DNA of 64,000 bases from an uncultured delta proteobacterium (GCA_963812015.1 CAWETI010000002.1:352001-416000); one strand, 5' to 3'. Shown: positions 50,536-60,670, counted from the stretch's first letter. Program-made: numbers and translations. The notes: generated from the sequence alone by a model not told the origin.

Positions 50536-50654
50536 GGCCTTAAGGCTGGAAGGCGCCCGCCGACCCTCTCCCCTCTATCAAGGGCCGGGGTTGAGAGGCC
50601 AGCCGAGGTTGCCCGGGCCAAGAGAGGGCGGCCCCGAAAGACCGCGGCGACGGC

Positions 50655-51155
50655 TCAACCCGATCCCTCCTCCCGGATGGCCGCCAGGAGGCGCTCACAG
50701 GCGGGGTCGATGGCGCTCAGCATGGCCGCAGACAAACCCGGCTTCACCTCGTCGGGGATGGCCTCAACCTGGGCCACAAGGATCTTGATGTCGATCCGGC
50801 TGTGCTCCTTGAGCTCCTGGAGCATATTGACCGTGGGAAATTGGTGCAGGGAAAAGTCGGAGGTCTTTTTGTCCGGGATGCCTTCCACCGGGATTTCGAA
50901 GACCTCACCCGGCTTCCGGTCAGGATATTCCACCGCGTCGACGATGAAAATCTTCTTGGGCTTCTTTTCACTCAAAACCAGGTCGAAAAGAATATCCCGG
51001 ATGCTGGTCCCCACATCCATCGCCAGGACGTCGTCTGACAGGTGGTAGCGTTCTTGCAAAGCCTGAATGACGGCGGGCCCAAACCCGTCATCGCCCCACA
51101 GGATGTTGCCGCAGCCAAAGATCAAGACAGGTTTCTCGAACAATTCTGATAGCAT
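50655..51155 (-). CDS. Hydrogenase maturation protease (FrhD-like)
   Basis: FGCGNILWGDDGFGP, DVGT, IVDAV, FSLHQFP. Confidence 0.88.
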   Translation of the reverse strand: MLSELFEKPVLIFGCGNILWGDDGFGPAVIQALQERYHLSDDVLAMDVGTSIRDILFDLVLSEKKPKKIFIVDAVEYPDRKPGEVFEIPVEGIPDKKTSDFSLHQFPTVNMLQELKEHSRIDIKILVAQVEAIPDEVKPGLSAAMLSAIDPACERLLAAIREEGSG

Positions 51156-51242
51156 AAATTTTTACACTCCTGGGCCAAGCCCACCGCTAGAGGCCGTGAT
51201 CCTCACGGTGGCGTGGGGGACCCTTAAGGATTAAGGATTATT

Positions 51243-51749
51243 TTACCGATTTGACCAGCCGAGAGTCTTATACTTGATGGCCACGGCTTGCGTGTTTGCA
51301 GATGGGGCCAAGCCGGGGAGCCCTGGATTCAGCCCCGGCTGACAGATGATGATGGCATCGGCGCCAATCTCCCGGGCTTTACTCTGCAAGCCTGCCATCA
51401 CCGCGTCCGGGGTGGCGTTCGCCCCAGATGCACATTCCAGCACCGCAAAGGATTTATAGGGCACAGCGGGCGGTTGCTTCAGGACATCCACCTTGAGGGT
51501 GGGTGGATATTGAACGCCGGCCAAATGGGCATAGGCGGACAGGTCGGCGGAACCGGGGGAGAGACAGAGGGCGCCTAACATATCCGCTTCGTGGCCAGCC
51601 ACAAAAAAAGTTTTAACCTCTGGGGCTGGAGACTTCAAACTGTATTCGGCACACCCGGAGAAAACCATGCCGGCCGTGGCCAGGAACAAAAAAAGCCTCA
51701 GGGCATACGCGAGGTCAGGGGAGAAATTTTTCGGTGAGGCCCAATTCAT
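51243..51749 (-). CDS. Hypothetical lipoprotein
   Basis: Hydrophobic stretch ending FSGC; KAREIGADAII motif; start uncertain. Confidence 0.7.
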   Translation of the reverse strand: MNWASPKNFSPDLAYALRLFLFLATAGMVFSGCAEYSLKSPAPEVKTFFVAGHEADMLGALCLSPGSADLSAYAHLAGVQYPPTLKVDVLKQPPAVPYKSFAVLECASGANATPDAVMAGLQSKAREIGADAIIICQPGLNPGLPGLAPSANTQAVAIKYKTLGWSNR

Positions 51750-51886
51750 AAACGCGGCTTGAGAAGCATCCTTCCGGCTCGACATGACGCCCTTGATAAT
51801 AGTACAGCAAGGCGAGAAAGGGAAATGGAAACTTTTTGCGGCCAAGAGTTTCAGGATAGGAGAACCGCGGCCAACGTCCCGGTGGC

Positions 51887-52624
51887 TTAGAAGCATGGTT
51901 CCCCTTGGATGATTTTCTCAGGTATGTCGTGGACCATGGCCCGGGCGCGTTTTTCTCCCACCAGTCGGGTTAATTCAATGAGCGCCGGGCTCAGCACGGG
52001 GGGGCGATTCCTAAGGTTGTGGGTATCCGTGGCCAAGAGGTGAATGTACCCCAACTTGACCAATTGTCGAGCCAGCTTTTTGACGCCGCGGCCAAACCAA
52101 CCGGTTAAGCTGTTGCCGGTCATTTGGGCCAGGCAGCCCAGGTCAATCAAACGTTTGAGCTTATGGGGCATCTGTTGAATAATCATGTGCCGCTCAGGAT
52201 GGGTAAGGATGGGAGTTATGCCCTTGGATAGCAACCGAAAACAGATTTCCTCCGTCGCCGGGGGTAGGGAGGTGTCAGGCAACTCCAAGAGGAGATAGCG
52301 GTTGGCGTCATTAATGGTTAACACCTGGCCGTTTTCTAAAAGCTGCAGTGATTCGAAACCCAGGGGAAAATCACAACCCGGGATGATTTCCAAAGGGATT
52401 TTTTCTTCCAACAACTTTTGTCTCAATTCATCAATATGCTGGAGGATCATTTTTTTATGGTTAATCTGTTTCAGATCGATACTTCTCGTTTTAAAGAGGT
52501 GGGGAGTGGCCACCATGGTCTTGATGCCATCCTCCATCGCCAGGCGCGCCATTTGCAGGGATTGTTTCCAGGTTTTGGCCCCGTCGTCCAAACCAGGCAG
52601 GATATGGGCATGAATATCAATCAT
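51887..52624 (-). CDS. PHP-family tyrosine-protein phosphatase (CpsB/YwqE-like)
   Basis: MIDIHAHILPGLDDG, ATPH, THPER, ATDTHN..RPP. Confidence 0.92.
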   Translation of the reverse strand: MIDIHAHILPGLDDGAKTWKQSLQMARLAMEDGIKTMVATPHLFKTRSIDLKQINHKKMILQHIDELRQKLLEEKIPLEIIPGCDFPLGFESLQLLENGQVLTINDANRYLLLELPDTSLPPATEEICFRLLSKGITPILTHPERHMIIQQMPHKLKRLIDLGCLAQMTGNSLTGWFGRGVKKLARQLVKLGYIHLLATDTHNLRNRPPVLSPALIELTRLVGEKRARAMVHDIPEKIIQGEPCF

Positions 52625-52659
52625 GGTCAGTAGGTTCCGTTCACGATCAAGGCGATTGG

Positions 52660-52788
52660 CAGGCTGTTGAAAAACCACAATTTCCCCAGTTTGTCATTCT
52701 GACCGAAGGGAAGAATCTCGTATTTTCAGGTAGATGAGATCCTGCGCGGCGCTCAGGATGACAAAAAAGCCGATTTTTCAACCGCCTG
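52660..52788. mobile_element. MITE type D carrying a GTCATTCTGA...CAGGATGAC palindrome
   Basis: IRs CAGGCTGTTGAAAAA / TTTTTCAACCGCCTG (14/15). Confidence 0.7.
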
Positions 52789-53453
52789 TTAGCGGCATTC
52801 CTTGCCATTATCCATGGCGGCTTTGAGGTCCGGGCGGGGTGGCCCCTGCAAGGGATCTCCTCCATGGCGTTCCTGAAAGACCCCCCGGGTAGTTTCTTTG
52901 CGGAATAATATCAGGTTTTGCTGGGAAAGGGTATTTCCAGGGAGTTTTCGGTTTCCGTGACAGCCCGGGAAGCCGTTGAGCAGAAATCTAAATTCTGGAG
53001 CGGGCATCATCGGTTTGGCCCCTGATAAAATATCCTGGCCTGGGGAGAAAATCAACTCCCAACGGGCCAAGGCAGCGCAGCTCAACCCCCGGCGGCGTTG
53101 CCCGGGCCTACCCAGTAATGGTGATGAGGTCCAGGCCCGGCGCCACCTGGTCCTGAGGGGGATTGTTCTGCTGCACGTTTGAGATTGATGCGCAAATGCT
53201 TAAAAAAACCATTTGGCCTAATCTCGCTCTCATGGTCAAGAGTAGAACCCAACTCGACTAACGTGATCTCATTGAACAAAAAAATATCAAAAATAATAGA
53301 CAATAAGGGAGGAGACAATAAAAAAGAGTTGATTTTTTATGAAAATGCTATTTAAATCGGTCAACTTAGTTTGGCGAGTCCGATATGCTGCGCTTCTTGG
53401 TAATGTCATTGATGTGTAGCCCCGGTAAAGTATCCGGGCATGGGAATAGTGCT

Positions 53454-54704
53454 ATGTTGATATTAGTGCTCGCACTGTCGATTTTGTATTGGTGCACTTC
53501 CCCGGCCTGGGGGTCCGGTTTTGCCCTGATGCAGCAGGGGACGGCGGCCATGGGGCAAGCTAACGCCTTCGTGGCCGATGCCAGCGACGCCTCGGCCATC
53601 TTTTATAACCCCGCCGGCCTCAATCAGCTCAAACGGGCCCAAGTTTATCAGGGAGTTTTTTTAAATTATCCCAATCGGGAATATAGTAGCGACGGCCAGG
53701 ACTCGCAAACCTATCACCGTATATACAAGAGCCTGACGGCCTATATCGCCATTCCCTTGCATGATCGGGTAGCCGTGGGCATCGGCTTTTTTTCGCCTTT
53801 CGGGATGGGAACGGCTTGGCCGCCAGGCTGGGCCGGACGCTATCTCACCACCTATTCCAGTATGCAAACCTACACTCTCAATCCGGCGATCTCCGTCAAA
53901 CTTCTGGAAAACCTCTCGGTGGCGGCGGGGTTCGATGCCATGTGGTCCAAAGTGGACCTCAAGCGCAAGACCCCCGTGACTTTCCGGGGTACGAGCCTCC
54001 CGGATGGCGAAATCGACCTGAGCGGCGATGGCCATGGGGTGGGCTACAACTTCGGGCTCCTTTACGAAGCGGTGACTGGGGTTAAACTGGGGGCTTCTTA
54101 CCGCAGTCAAATCAAAGTGGATCACTCGGGTGACTTGACCACCACTCTGCCGGCGCCGCTACCGTATTCCCCCAGCACCACGGGTTCGGCCACCATTGTC
54201 TATCCCGCGTCGTTGACCACGGGCGCCTCCTACAGCCGGTTCAAACCCTTCACGTTCGAGTTTGATACTACCTGGACGAACTGGTCCTCGTATAAGGCGC
54301 TGAAGGTCAATTTAGACGCCCCGCTTTTGGTCAACGGGGTCCTGAACTCAACCATCACCACCCCCAAGAGCTGGCATGATAGTTGGGCCTTCCGCTTCGG
54401 GGGCAATTATGAAATCAAGGAAGGGCTGAAGATCCGGGCCGGATATATCTATGACCTTACCCCGGTGCCGAATTCCAGCTTTGACCCCCAGGTGCCCGAC
54501 GCTAACCGTCACGTCTTTACGGTGGGCGGAGACATTAAGATCATGCGATTTACCCTGGGCATCGCCTACAATTACGTTTTGTGCGAAAGCCGCATCAAAA
54601 ACAACACCATTCCGGTCAACGGGGTTGCGTCCCCCTTCCAAGCCAACGGGCGCTATAACAGCGATACCCAATCCCTCGGACTGAGCTGGTCGTTTCAATT
54701 TTAG
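53454..54704 (+). CDS. fadL: FadL/OmpP1 family outer-membrane channel for hydrophobic compounds
   Basis: Signal peptide then SGF, MGQANA, DASAIFYNPAGL, PFGMGT, WTNWS, WHDSW, RAGYIYD, C-terminal Phe; start uncertain (53385-53454). Confidence 0.9.
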   Translation: MLILVLALSILYWCTSPAWGSGFALMQQGTAAMGQANAFVADASDASAIFYNPAGLNQLKRAQVYQGVFLNYPNREYSSDGQDSQTYHRIYKSLTAYIAIPLHDRVAVGIGFFSPFGMGTAWPPGWAGRYLTTYSSMQTYTLNPAISVKLLENLSVAAGFDAMWSKVDLKRKTPVTFRGTSLPDGEIDLSGDGHGVGYNFGLLYEAVTGVKLGASYRSQIKVDHSGDLTTTLPAPLPYSPSTTGSATIVYPASLTTGASYSRFKPFTFEFDTTWTNWSSYKALKVNLDAPLLVNGVLNSTITTPKSWHDSWAFRFGGNYEIKEGLKIRAGYIYDLTPVPNSSFDPQVPDANRHVFTVGGDIKIMRFTLGIAYNYVLCESRIKNNTIPVNGVASPFQANGRYNSDTQSLGLSWSFQF

Positions 54705-54810
54705 CGGCTGATTACGGCAGGGATTGAGAGGGGGGAAGGTCAAGCTTCCCGCTCGTCTTCGGTTTCCCCAAAACTTTACCAGCTAGGGCAAAACCTCGCA
54801 TCGCAGCATG

Positions 54811-54880
54811 GTCATGCTGAGCATGGGGAAGCATCTCAAAATTTTATCGCATTGAGATCCGTCACTACGTCCAGGATGGC
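54811..54880. repeat. Degenerate GTCAT.CTGAGC...GAGATCC...CAGGATG palindrome without clear IR shell
   Basis: Similar to the core of 52660-52788. Confidence 0.5.
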
Positions 54881-55014
54881 AGGCAATAAGTTCTCCGATT
54901 TAATCTCATCATTGTGCGCCGCGGGCCGCTGCGCCGCATCCAAACCTTAGGCTCTAGATAACCCACCGGGTAAAACGGCTTAAAATAATCTCTCATAAAC
55001 TCAGGCCCACGCTC

Positions 55015-56151
55015 CTAGTGAGTGGTCTCCACGGAGTGGGAAACGGCCAGCTCATCCAGGGCGCTCACCACGACTTCAATCCCCAAACCAGGGCCGGGCA
55101 GCTCGTAGGCCAGGCCGCCGCCATTAAAGGCCACCGGCTGGGAGACGACGTCCCGGACCAGCAGGTACGGAGAGAATGAGCCCTCCACGTAGGATAACTG
55201 CGGAACGGTTAAACCGAACTGGCGGCCGGCGGCCGAGAGGATGCTGGTTTCCCCCACCTGACAACCCACCTGGCATAAAATCCCGGCTGCTTCGGCCATG
55301 TGTCTGATGCGGGTGGCGGCACCCAGGCCGCCACATTTGGACAGACGGATATTAAAAATCCGGCAGGCCTTGAGGTCGATCAAGCGGCGGGCATCCTCTT
55401 CGGTGCATAAGGATTCATCGGCGATAACCGGGATCGGCACCGCCTCACTCACCTGCTGCATTCCGGCAAAGTCGGCCTTAGCCACCGGCTGCTCCACGGC
55501 GCTGATGCGGTAAGGTTGCATTTCCCTCAGGCGCGCGATCGCCTCGGTGGGCGTCCAAGCCGAGTTGGCATCCACCCGGATATCGACCTCGAAGCCCAAG
55601 AGGTCCCGGGCCAGTCGCAAGGTCTCCAGGTCGGAGTCGGTTCCCACCTTAAGTTTGACAAAGTGCATGCGGTTCATTTTGACCAGGTTCAAAAGGTGCC
55701 GCATCGGCTCCGGAGACATCAGGGGGATAACGGCGCTATACTCCAGGCTGGTTCTCAGCTTAGGTGCGATGAGCCCGACCATCGGCACCTTCCAGGTCCG
55801 GCTGGCGGCATCCAGGAGGGCCGTTTCCATGGCACAAAAGGCGGCAGGGTGACGCGGGGCTGGCAGGGATTGATAGAGGTCCGCCACGGCTTTGACCAGC
55901 GCCGCGGGAGAAGGAAAACCCCGGGATAGGATTGCCGGGGCCAGAACCTCTCGGAGGAAGACGAGGCTGTCGTGGAGCACCTCGCCGGTGACAAAGACCC
56001 GGGGGACGCCCTCTCCATACCCGGTGATCGCATCATCAGTGGTTACTCTGAGGACGATGTTGTCGGAACCCTCGTGAGTCGCCAGGTTATGCTTGATTGG
56101 GGACTGAAAGCCCAATTTCAGGTGCCAGATATCCAGTTTCTTGACGATCAT
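55015..56151 (-). CDS. Enolase superfamily enzyme, muconate-lactonizing-enzyme subgroup, unknown substrate
   Basis: GYGE, KLKVG, RVDAN, VEQP, ADES, NIRLSKCGG, GCQVGET, PGLGI; GAGG RBS inside the upstream gene. Confidence 0.88.
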   Translation of the reverse strand: MIVKKLDIWHLKLGFQSPIKHNLATHEGSDNIVLRVTTDDAITGYGEGVPRVFVTGEVLHDSLVFLREVLAPAILSRGFPSPAALVKAVADLYQSLPAPRHPAAFCAMETALLDAASRTWKVPMVGLIAPKLRTSLEYSAVIPLMSPEPMRHLLNLVKMNRMHFVKLKVGTDSDLETLRLARDLLGFEVDIRVDANSAWTPTEAIARLREMQPYRISAVEQPVAKADFAGMQQVSEAVPIPVIADESLCTEEDARRLIDLKACRIFNIRLSKCGGLGAATRIRHMAEAAGILCQVGCQVGETSILSAAGRQFGLTVPQLSYVEGSFSPYLLVRDVVSQPVAFNGGGLAYELPGPGLGIEVVVSALDELAVSHSVETTH

Positions 56152-57085
56152 GCTCGACCTCAAAGTGAGATTTTATCATCTTACCAAACTTCTTCCATTG
56201 GTACCATTGCTCCGGGGCATCTTCCACCGCCGTCTCGAGCACGCTTAAGCATTGCTCGTGAATGGGCGGGTGCAGTGCGGCGGCCCCATTCCCCACCGCA
56301 GTCAGGTTGCAGGTATAAGCCTTCTGGCCTTCCCGTTTCATCAAGGCCGTGATGATCTGGGCGCCCGAGCGTTTCCGCAACAGCTCCAGGGTCCGGTCCG
56401 AAGGCAGCCGGCAGTTCAGAAAGGAGCTATCCCGGTGGGGATCAGGCCGCCATGCATCGAATTCGTCGCACTCGGTGATGAGAATCCGGCCTTGCTTAAG
56501 CGCCTTCATGGCGGCCAGAATGATATTGCCCTCATCCGCGTCAATGAGTTGCAGGCCGACCGCTTCGGCCCGCTTCCCCATGGATTCCCGCAGGCGAGTG
56601 GTCTGGAAACGGCAGATCATGGAAGTGGGATAACCATTCAACGCCAGGGCCCCGGGCAAAAACTCCACTGCGCCGAAGTGACCGGTGACCAGGATGACCC
56701 CCTTGCCGTCCTCTAAGGCTGACTGGAGATGATCCACACCGGCAAACCTGACGTGGGTTCTCAAGAACTTCAGCAGCTTGGGGAAATGAGAATACCCAAC
56801 GAACAGTTTCTCATGGTAATGGTCCAAGATCCCTTTGAAGGCGGCGTTGATTTTTTGGTTCAGCTGGGCAGCCGGAAACTTTCTTTTGAAAACATGCTTA
56901 ATGGTGTTCCGAATCAGGGCTTTTTCCCCCCAGTTCAGGAGAAAGTAAAGCCTTCCCAGGGCCATGAGATAACCTCGGGAGACTGCGAAAGGCAAAAAGC
57001 GAAACAGGAAGCTGTTTAATTTCATTTGGAGAAATTTACTCAGGCTGAGAGAGAGCTTGGGAAGCCGGAACCTTGCGGAAACCAT
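56087..57085 (-). CDS. Lysophospholipid acyltransferase superfamily protein (LpxL/HtrB-like)
   Basis: GKGVILVTGHFGAVE (HX4E), ALKQG, PEQWYQW; AAGGAG RBS. Confidence 0.85.
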   Translation of the reverse strand: MVSARFRLPKLSLSLSKFLQMKLNSFLFRFLPFAVSRGYLMALGRLYFLLNWGEKALIRNTIKHVFKRKFPAAQLNQKINAAFKGILDHYHEKLFVGYSHFPKLLKFLRTHVRFAGVDHLQSALEDGKGVILVTGHFGAVEFLPGALALNGYPTSMICRFQTTRLRESMGKRAEAVGLQLIDADEGNIILAAMKALKQGRILITECDEFDAWRPDPHRDSSFLNCRLPSDRTLELLRKRSGAQIITALMKREGQKAYTCNLTAVGNGAAALHPPIHEQCLSVLETAVEDAPEQWYQWKKFGKMIKSHFEVEHDRQETGYLAPEIGLSVPNQA

Positions 57086-57150
57086 GACCGTGCTCCTTTC
57101 AAGAAAATTAGGTAAATCTTCTAAAATATTAACATCTAGAATAAAATAGA

Positions 57151-57181
57151 ATCAGGGTTTCCCTAATAGGAGTTTCCCAAT
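57151..57181. promoter_or_regulatory. Tandem palindromic operators upstream of the acyltransferase
   Basis: ATCAGGGTTTCCCTAAT followed by ATAGGAGTTTCCCAAT. Confidence 0.6.
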
Positions 57182-57501
57182 CTCCTATTTTTGGCGTCTA
57201 AATTCCTAATTTTATGGGGGAAAGAGGCAGGCGTCCCCCAGTCCCCCGAAAGTGGAAACACTATTAAATAAATAATATCAATATGTTATCTAAACAGTTT
57301 CCGAGCCCACACCTTTCCCTCTCAAGCTTTAAGAAAATGGAGAAATATTCACTATAACCGCCTTTTATGTGAGAATTACAAGATCTGCATTAATTTTTCC
57401 CCTACAAAAACCTGATTGCGGGGTTGATTTCCTCACTCAGCCAGCACCTGTCCCAGTAAAAACCCAGACGCCCAACGATAGCTAAGTTGAGCAATCAGGA
57501 C

Positions 57502-57541
57502 AATCAGGAAACATCTTGATTGCATAGGGGAAAACCCTAAT
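57502..57541. promoter_or_regulatory. Palindromic operator pair in the divergent intergenic region
   Basis: AATCAGGAAACATCTTGATT and ATAGGGGAAAACCCTAAT. Confidence 0.5.
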
Positions 57542-57732
57542 TTGCTTTGGGAAAATGGATTAAGCCGCTGAGAGGTAATCGGGCTGGGTCTCTTGGTAAA
57601 ATGGTTTGGCGTCGCCGTGGTCGGGTTGTTGAGGCCTGAGTCAGGCAAGCTGCAAGCCGGCGGGTGTTTGAAATGGAAGGGGGAGAGGTGCAATCGTAAC
57701 CTGGTAATAAGGATAGACCATTGGGCTTTCTC

Positions 57733-57760
57733 TTGACTTTTGCACCTAGTTCTTTATTAT
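57733..57760 (+). promoter_or_regulatory. Putative sigma70 promoter for the kinase operon
   Basis: TTGACT-N16-TATTAT. Confidence 0.45.
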
Positions 57761-57994
57761 GCGCCTATGGGGTATCAGGTAAAAATCCAGTTTGAACGTA
57801 ATTACGGGTAATTAAGGTTATAGCTTCCGGCCTTCCCGGTCCGACGGCAAGGGGCTAGGAGGGAAGCAGCCCCGGGGATCACCGGTTCCCTGGCAGGTTT
57901 TATCCGGGCGCCAGGGACGATTCCAAGGGTCAATACGAGTAAAGGCAAGAGGCTTGGCCGGCACCAGGTGAGACTAAAAAGCGAAGCCTGAAGA

Positions 57995-60670
57995 GTGGGG
58001 TCCGATACCGAGATGGAGAAGCATCATAGCTGCCTTAATACCCGGGCGATAATTGAGTATTTCCAAGAAAATGCGCCGGGAGAAGTGTATCGGCTCTTTA
58101 CGGGTCTGGGCCCGGAAATTGAAGACCTGGCCAACCCCCAAGAATTTTTGATGGAGATTAATAATTGGGTGTCCAGCGATGTGGTCACCAAGATGTTTGA
58201 TAATGCCAAAGCCATAACCAAGGATGATGAAGTTGCATTTAAAATAGGGTTCGAATCGGCGGCAAGAAAAAAGTTAGGCTATGTTCAGAGAATTATTATG
58301 TTTGCTCATAAAAACCCCAGACGTACTTTGAAAAGAGTTCAAGCTATTAATGATAAATTTAATAAAAATAAAATTATTGAATTAATAGAAGCCAGAGGTG
58401 ACAATGCGGTTATTCGGCTGCATTGGTTCAAAGAAATCCCCGGCACCATAGATTATTGTTTTTTTAATAAAGGGATATACTCAGGGATTCCCACTATCTG
58501 GAACCTGCCGCCTGCTGATCTGGAAGAAACCAAATGTTATTTCAAAGGGGATGATTATTGCGAATACCATTTTAAATGGCAGAGAAATTTTTCTTTAAGG
58601 GAAGGCTTGTTGAGGCTGCTGGTGCCCTGGCGGGCGCTCAATTATACCATTGAGGAACTGGAGCGTGATAAAGAACTCCTGAAAAAGAAGTTTGATGAAA
58701 TTCACCGATTAAATATTCAATTAAAAGAAAAGATCGATCAGCTCATCTGCATGCAGGAAACCAGCACCGCGGCGCTCTCGGTCCTTAACCTGGAGAAATT
58801 GCTCCAAGTAACGTTGCGACTGCTCATCAACTCGGCCAAACTGGATCGGGCCGGGATTCTGCTCCTGGACGAAAAAGGGGAGGTGCTGGAGCTGAACTAT
58901 GCGGAGGGAATCGCCCCGGAACTTTTTGAACAGGTGCGGAACTATAAAATTTCCATTACGAAAGTGGATAACGTCATTGCCCGGGTAGCCATGACCGGCA
59001 TCCCGGTGGTGATCCAAGATGTAGCCCGCAGCAAACTAAACATGAACAACGCCTTGATCCGATTTTTCAAGCCCAAGGCCTTCATTTTGGTCCCCCTCAC
59101 GGTAAGGGGCAAGGTGATCGGGGTGCTCATGGCCGATCGAGTCCACGAGGATGCGATGATCACCGATGGCGACCGGGAGTTTATTGTGAGTTTCGCCAAC
59201 CAGATTGCCATAGCCCTGGAAAATGCCGTGCTCTATCACAAGCTGGAGGTGTCGGAACGGAAATACCGTGAATTGGTGGAAAATGCTCACGAGGGGATCT
59301 GGATTATCGATGATAAAGGCCGGATCAAATTTGCCAACCGCAGGATGCGAGAGATTACCGGCCACGACACCCTGGAAAATCACCATATTTCCGACCTGGC
59401 GGACCGGGACAATCAGAAGCGGTTAGCAGACATCATGGTTCAGAACCGGATGAACAATGTGGCGCAACAGGAATTGGATATCATGTGCAAGGACGGGGGA
59501 TCGGCCTCGGTTATCATGAGTTCGGTGCCATTGTTTGAAGACGGCCAGTTCGTGGGCGCTTTTGCCATGTTTAGTGACATCACGGCATTGCGGGAAACGG
59601 AGGAGCGATTTCAGAAAATCTTTGAAGAAGCTGGCATCGGCATGGCTCTGGTGGATTTGACCGGCCACCTCTTGGATGCCAACCCGGCTTTCCTCAACAT
59701 GCTGGGATATAATAAGAGTGAAGTAATCCGGAAATCTTTTAAGGATTTCATTCATCCGGAAGATATCCGGATAAGCGGCAGGCTGTTCAGGGAATTGGGG
59801 GAGGGTAAACGAGATTCCTACTCCCGGGAGAATCGTTACCTGCATAAAGAGAACCGGGTGGTCTGGGGCCAGGCGACCGTGTCCGTGCTCCGGGGCGCTG
59901 GAGGCGTACCGCAGTTTGCCATCGCCATGATCGCCGATATTACCGATCGGAAACAGGCAGAGGAAGACATTCGCACCTATCAGGTGCAGCTCCAATCATT
60001 GGCCTCGGAATTGTCCCTGACCGAAGAGCGCGAACGGCGGCGCCTGGCTACAGATCTGCACGATCATATCGGTCAAGCCCTGGCCCTCTCCAAGATCAAA
60101 CTGGGGGTACTCCAAAAAACCGTCATTGTGGAGAACCAGGCTAACTCTTTGGGCGAGGTGCGGGAGCTCATCGAGCAGATGATCCAGGACACCAGATCCT
60201 TAACCTTTGAACTGAGCCTCCCGGTGCTTTACGAGCTTGGCTTTGAAGCGGCAGTGGAGTGGTACGCCAAGCATGTCCGGGCGCAGCACGGCATCAAGGT
60301 GGACGTCCAGCAAGACATGCTGCCCATTCCCATGGATGATGAAATCAAAGTCCTGCTTTTCCGTTCGGTGCGAGAGTTGATGATTAATATTGTTAAGCAT
60401 GCCCAGGCCCGCAATGCCCGGGTCACCATAAGGAGGGCAGGGGACGACGTCAACATCGAAGTGGAAGACGACGGGGTGGGAATTAAAGACGTCCGGCGAG
60501 ATCAAAGGCTCAAAAGCAACGGCGGCTTTGGACTGTTCAGCATTAGAGAGCGCTTGCATTATCTTGGAGGCCAGGTGCAGGTGGAATCCGGGAAGACCCA
60601 GGGAACCAGGATTACTCTGATAGTACCCCTCCAACATGCCAGGAAGGCCCAATTGGAGATTGCGAGATGA
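57995..60670 (+). CDS. Soluble sensor histidine kinase: V4R-like N-domain, GAF, 2xPAS, HisKA_3, HATPase
   Basis: ETKCYFKGDDYCEYHFKW; VPL..GKVIGV..FANQIAIALENA; two PAS; ERRRLATDLHDHIGQ; NIVKHA, DDGVG, GFGL; no TM helix; start 57995 or 58013. Confidence 0.93.
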   Translation: MGSDTEMEKHHSCLNTRAIIEYFQENAPGEVYRLFTGLGPEIEDLANPQEFLMEINNWVSSDVVTKMFDNAKAITKDDEVAFKIGFESAARKKLGYVQRIIMFAHKNPRRTLKRVQAINDKFNKNKIIELIEARGDNAVIRLHWFKEIPGTIDYCFFNKGIYSGIPTIWNLPPADLEETKCYFKGDDYCEYHFKWQRNFSLREGLLRLLVPWRALNYTIEELERDKELLKKKFDEIHRLNIQLKEKIDQLICMQETSTAALSVLNLEKLLQVTLRLLINSAKLDRAGILLLDEKGEVLELNYAEGIAPELFEQVRNYKISITKVDNVIARVAMTGIPVVIQDVARSKLNMNNALIRFFKPKAFILVPLTVRGKVIGVLMADRVHEDAMITDGDREFIVSFANQIAIALENAVLYHKLEVSERKYRELVENAHEGIWIIDDKGRIKFANRRMREITGHDTLENHHISDLADRDNQKRLADIMVQNRMNNVAQQELDIMCKDGGSASVIMSSVPLFEDGQFVGAFAMFSDITALRETEERFQKIFEEAGIGMALVDLTGHLLDANPAFLNMLGYNKSEVIRKSFKDFIHPEDIRISGRLFRELGEGKRDSYSRENRYLHKENRVVWGQATVSVLRGAGGVPQFAIAMIADITDRKQAEEDIRTYQVQLQSLASELSLTEERERRRLATDLHDHIGQALALSKIKLGVLQKTVIVENQANSLGEVRELIEQMIQDTRSLTFELSLPVLYELGFEAAVEWYAKHVRAQHGIKVDVQQDMLPIPMDDEIKVLLFRSVRELMINIVKHAQARNARVTIRRAGDDVNIEVEDDGVGIKDVRRDQRLKSNGGFGLFSIRERLHYLGGQVQVESGKTQGTRITLIVPLQHARKAQLEIAR

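Noticed and set aside
51887..52624. Capsule/EPS locus implied by the CpsB-like phosphatase
   Set aside because: No tyrosine kinase, polymerase or glycosyltransferase genes nearby
57825..57880. SRP RNA (GGAAGCAGC motif)
   Set aside because: Lacks the CAGG-N-CC-GNRA-GG helix 8 context
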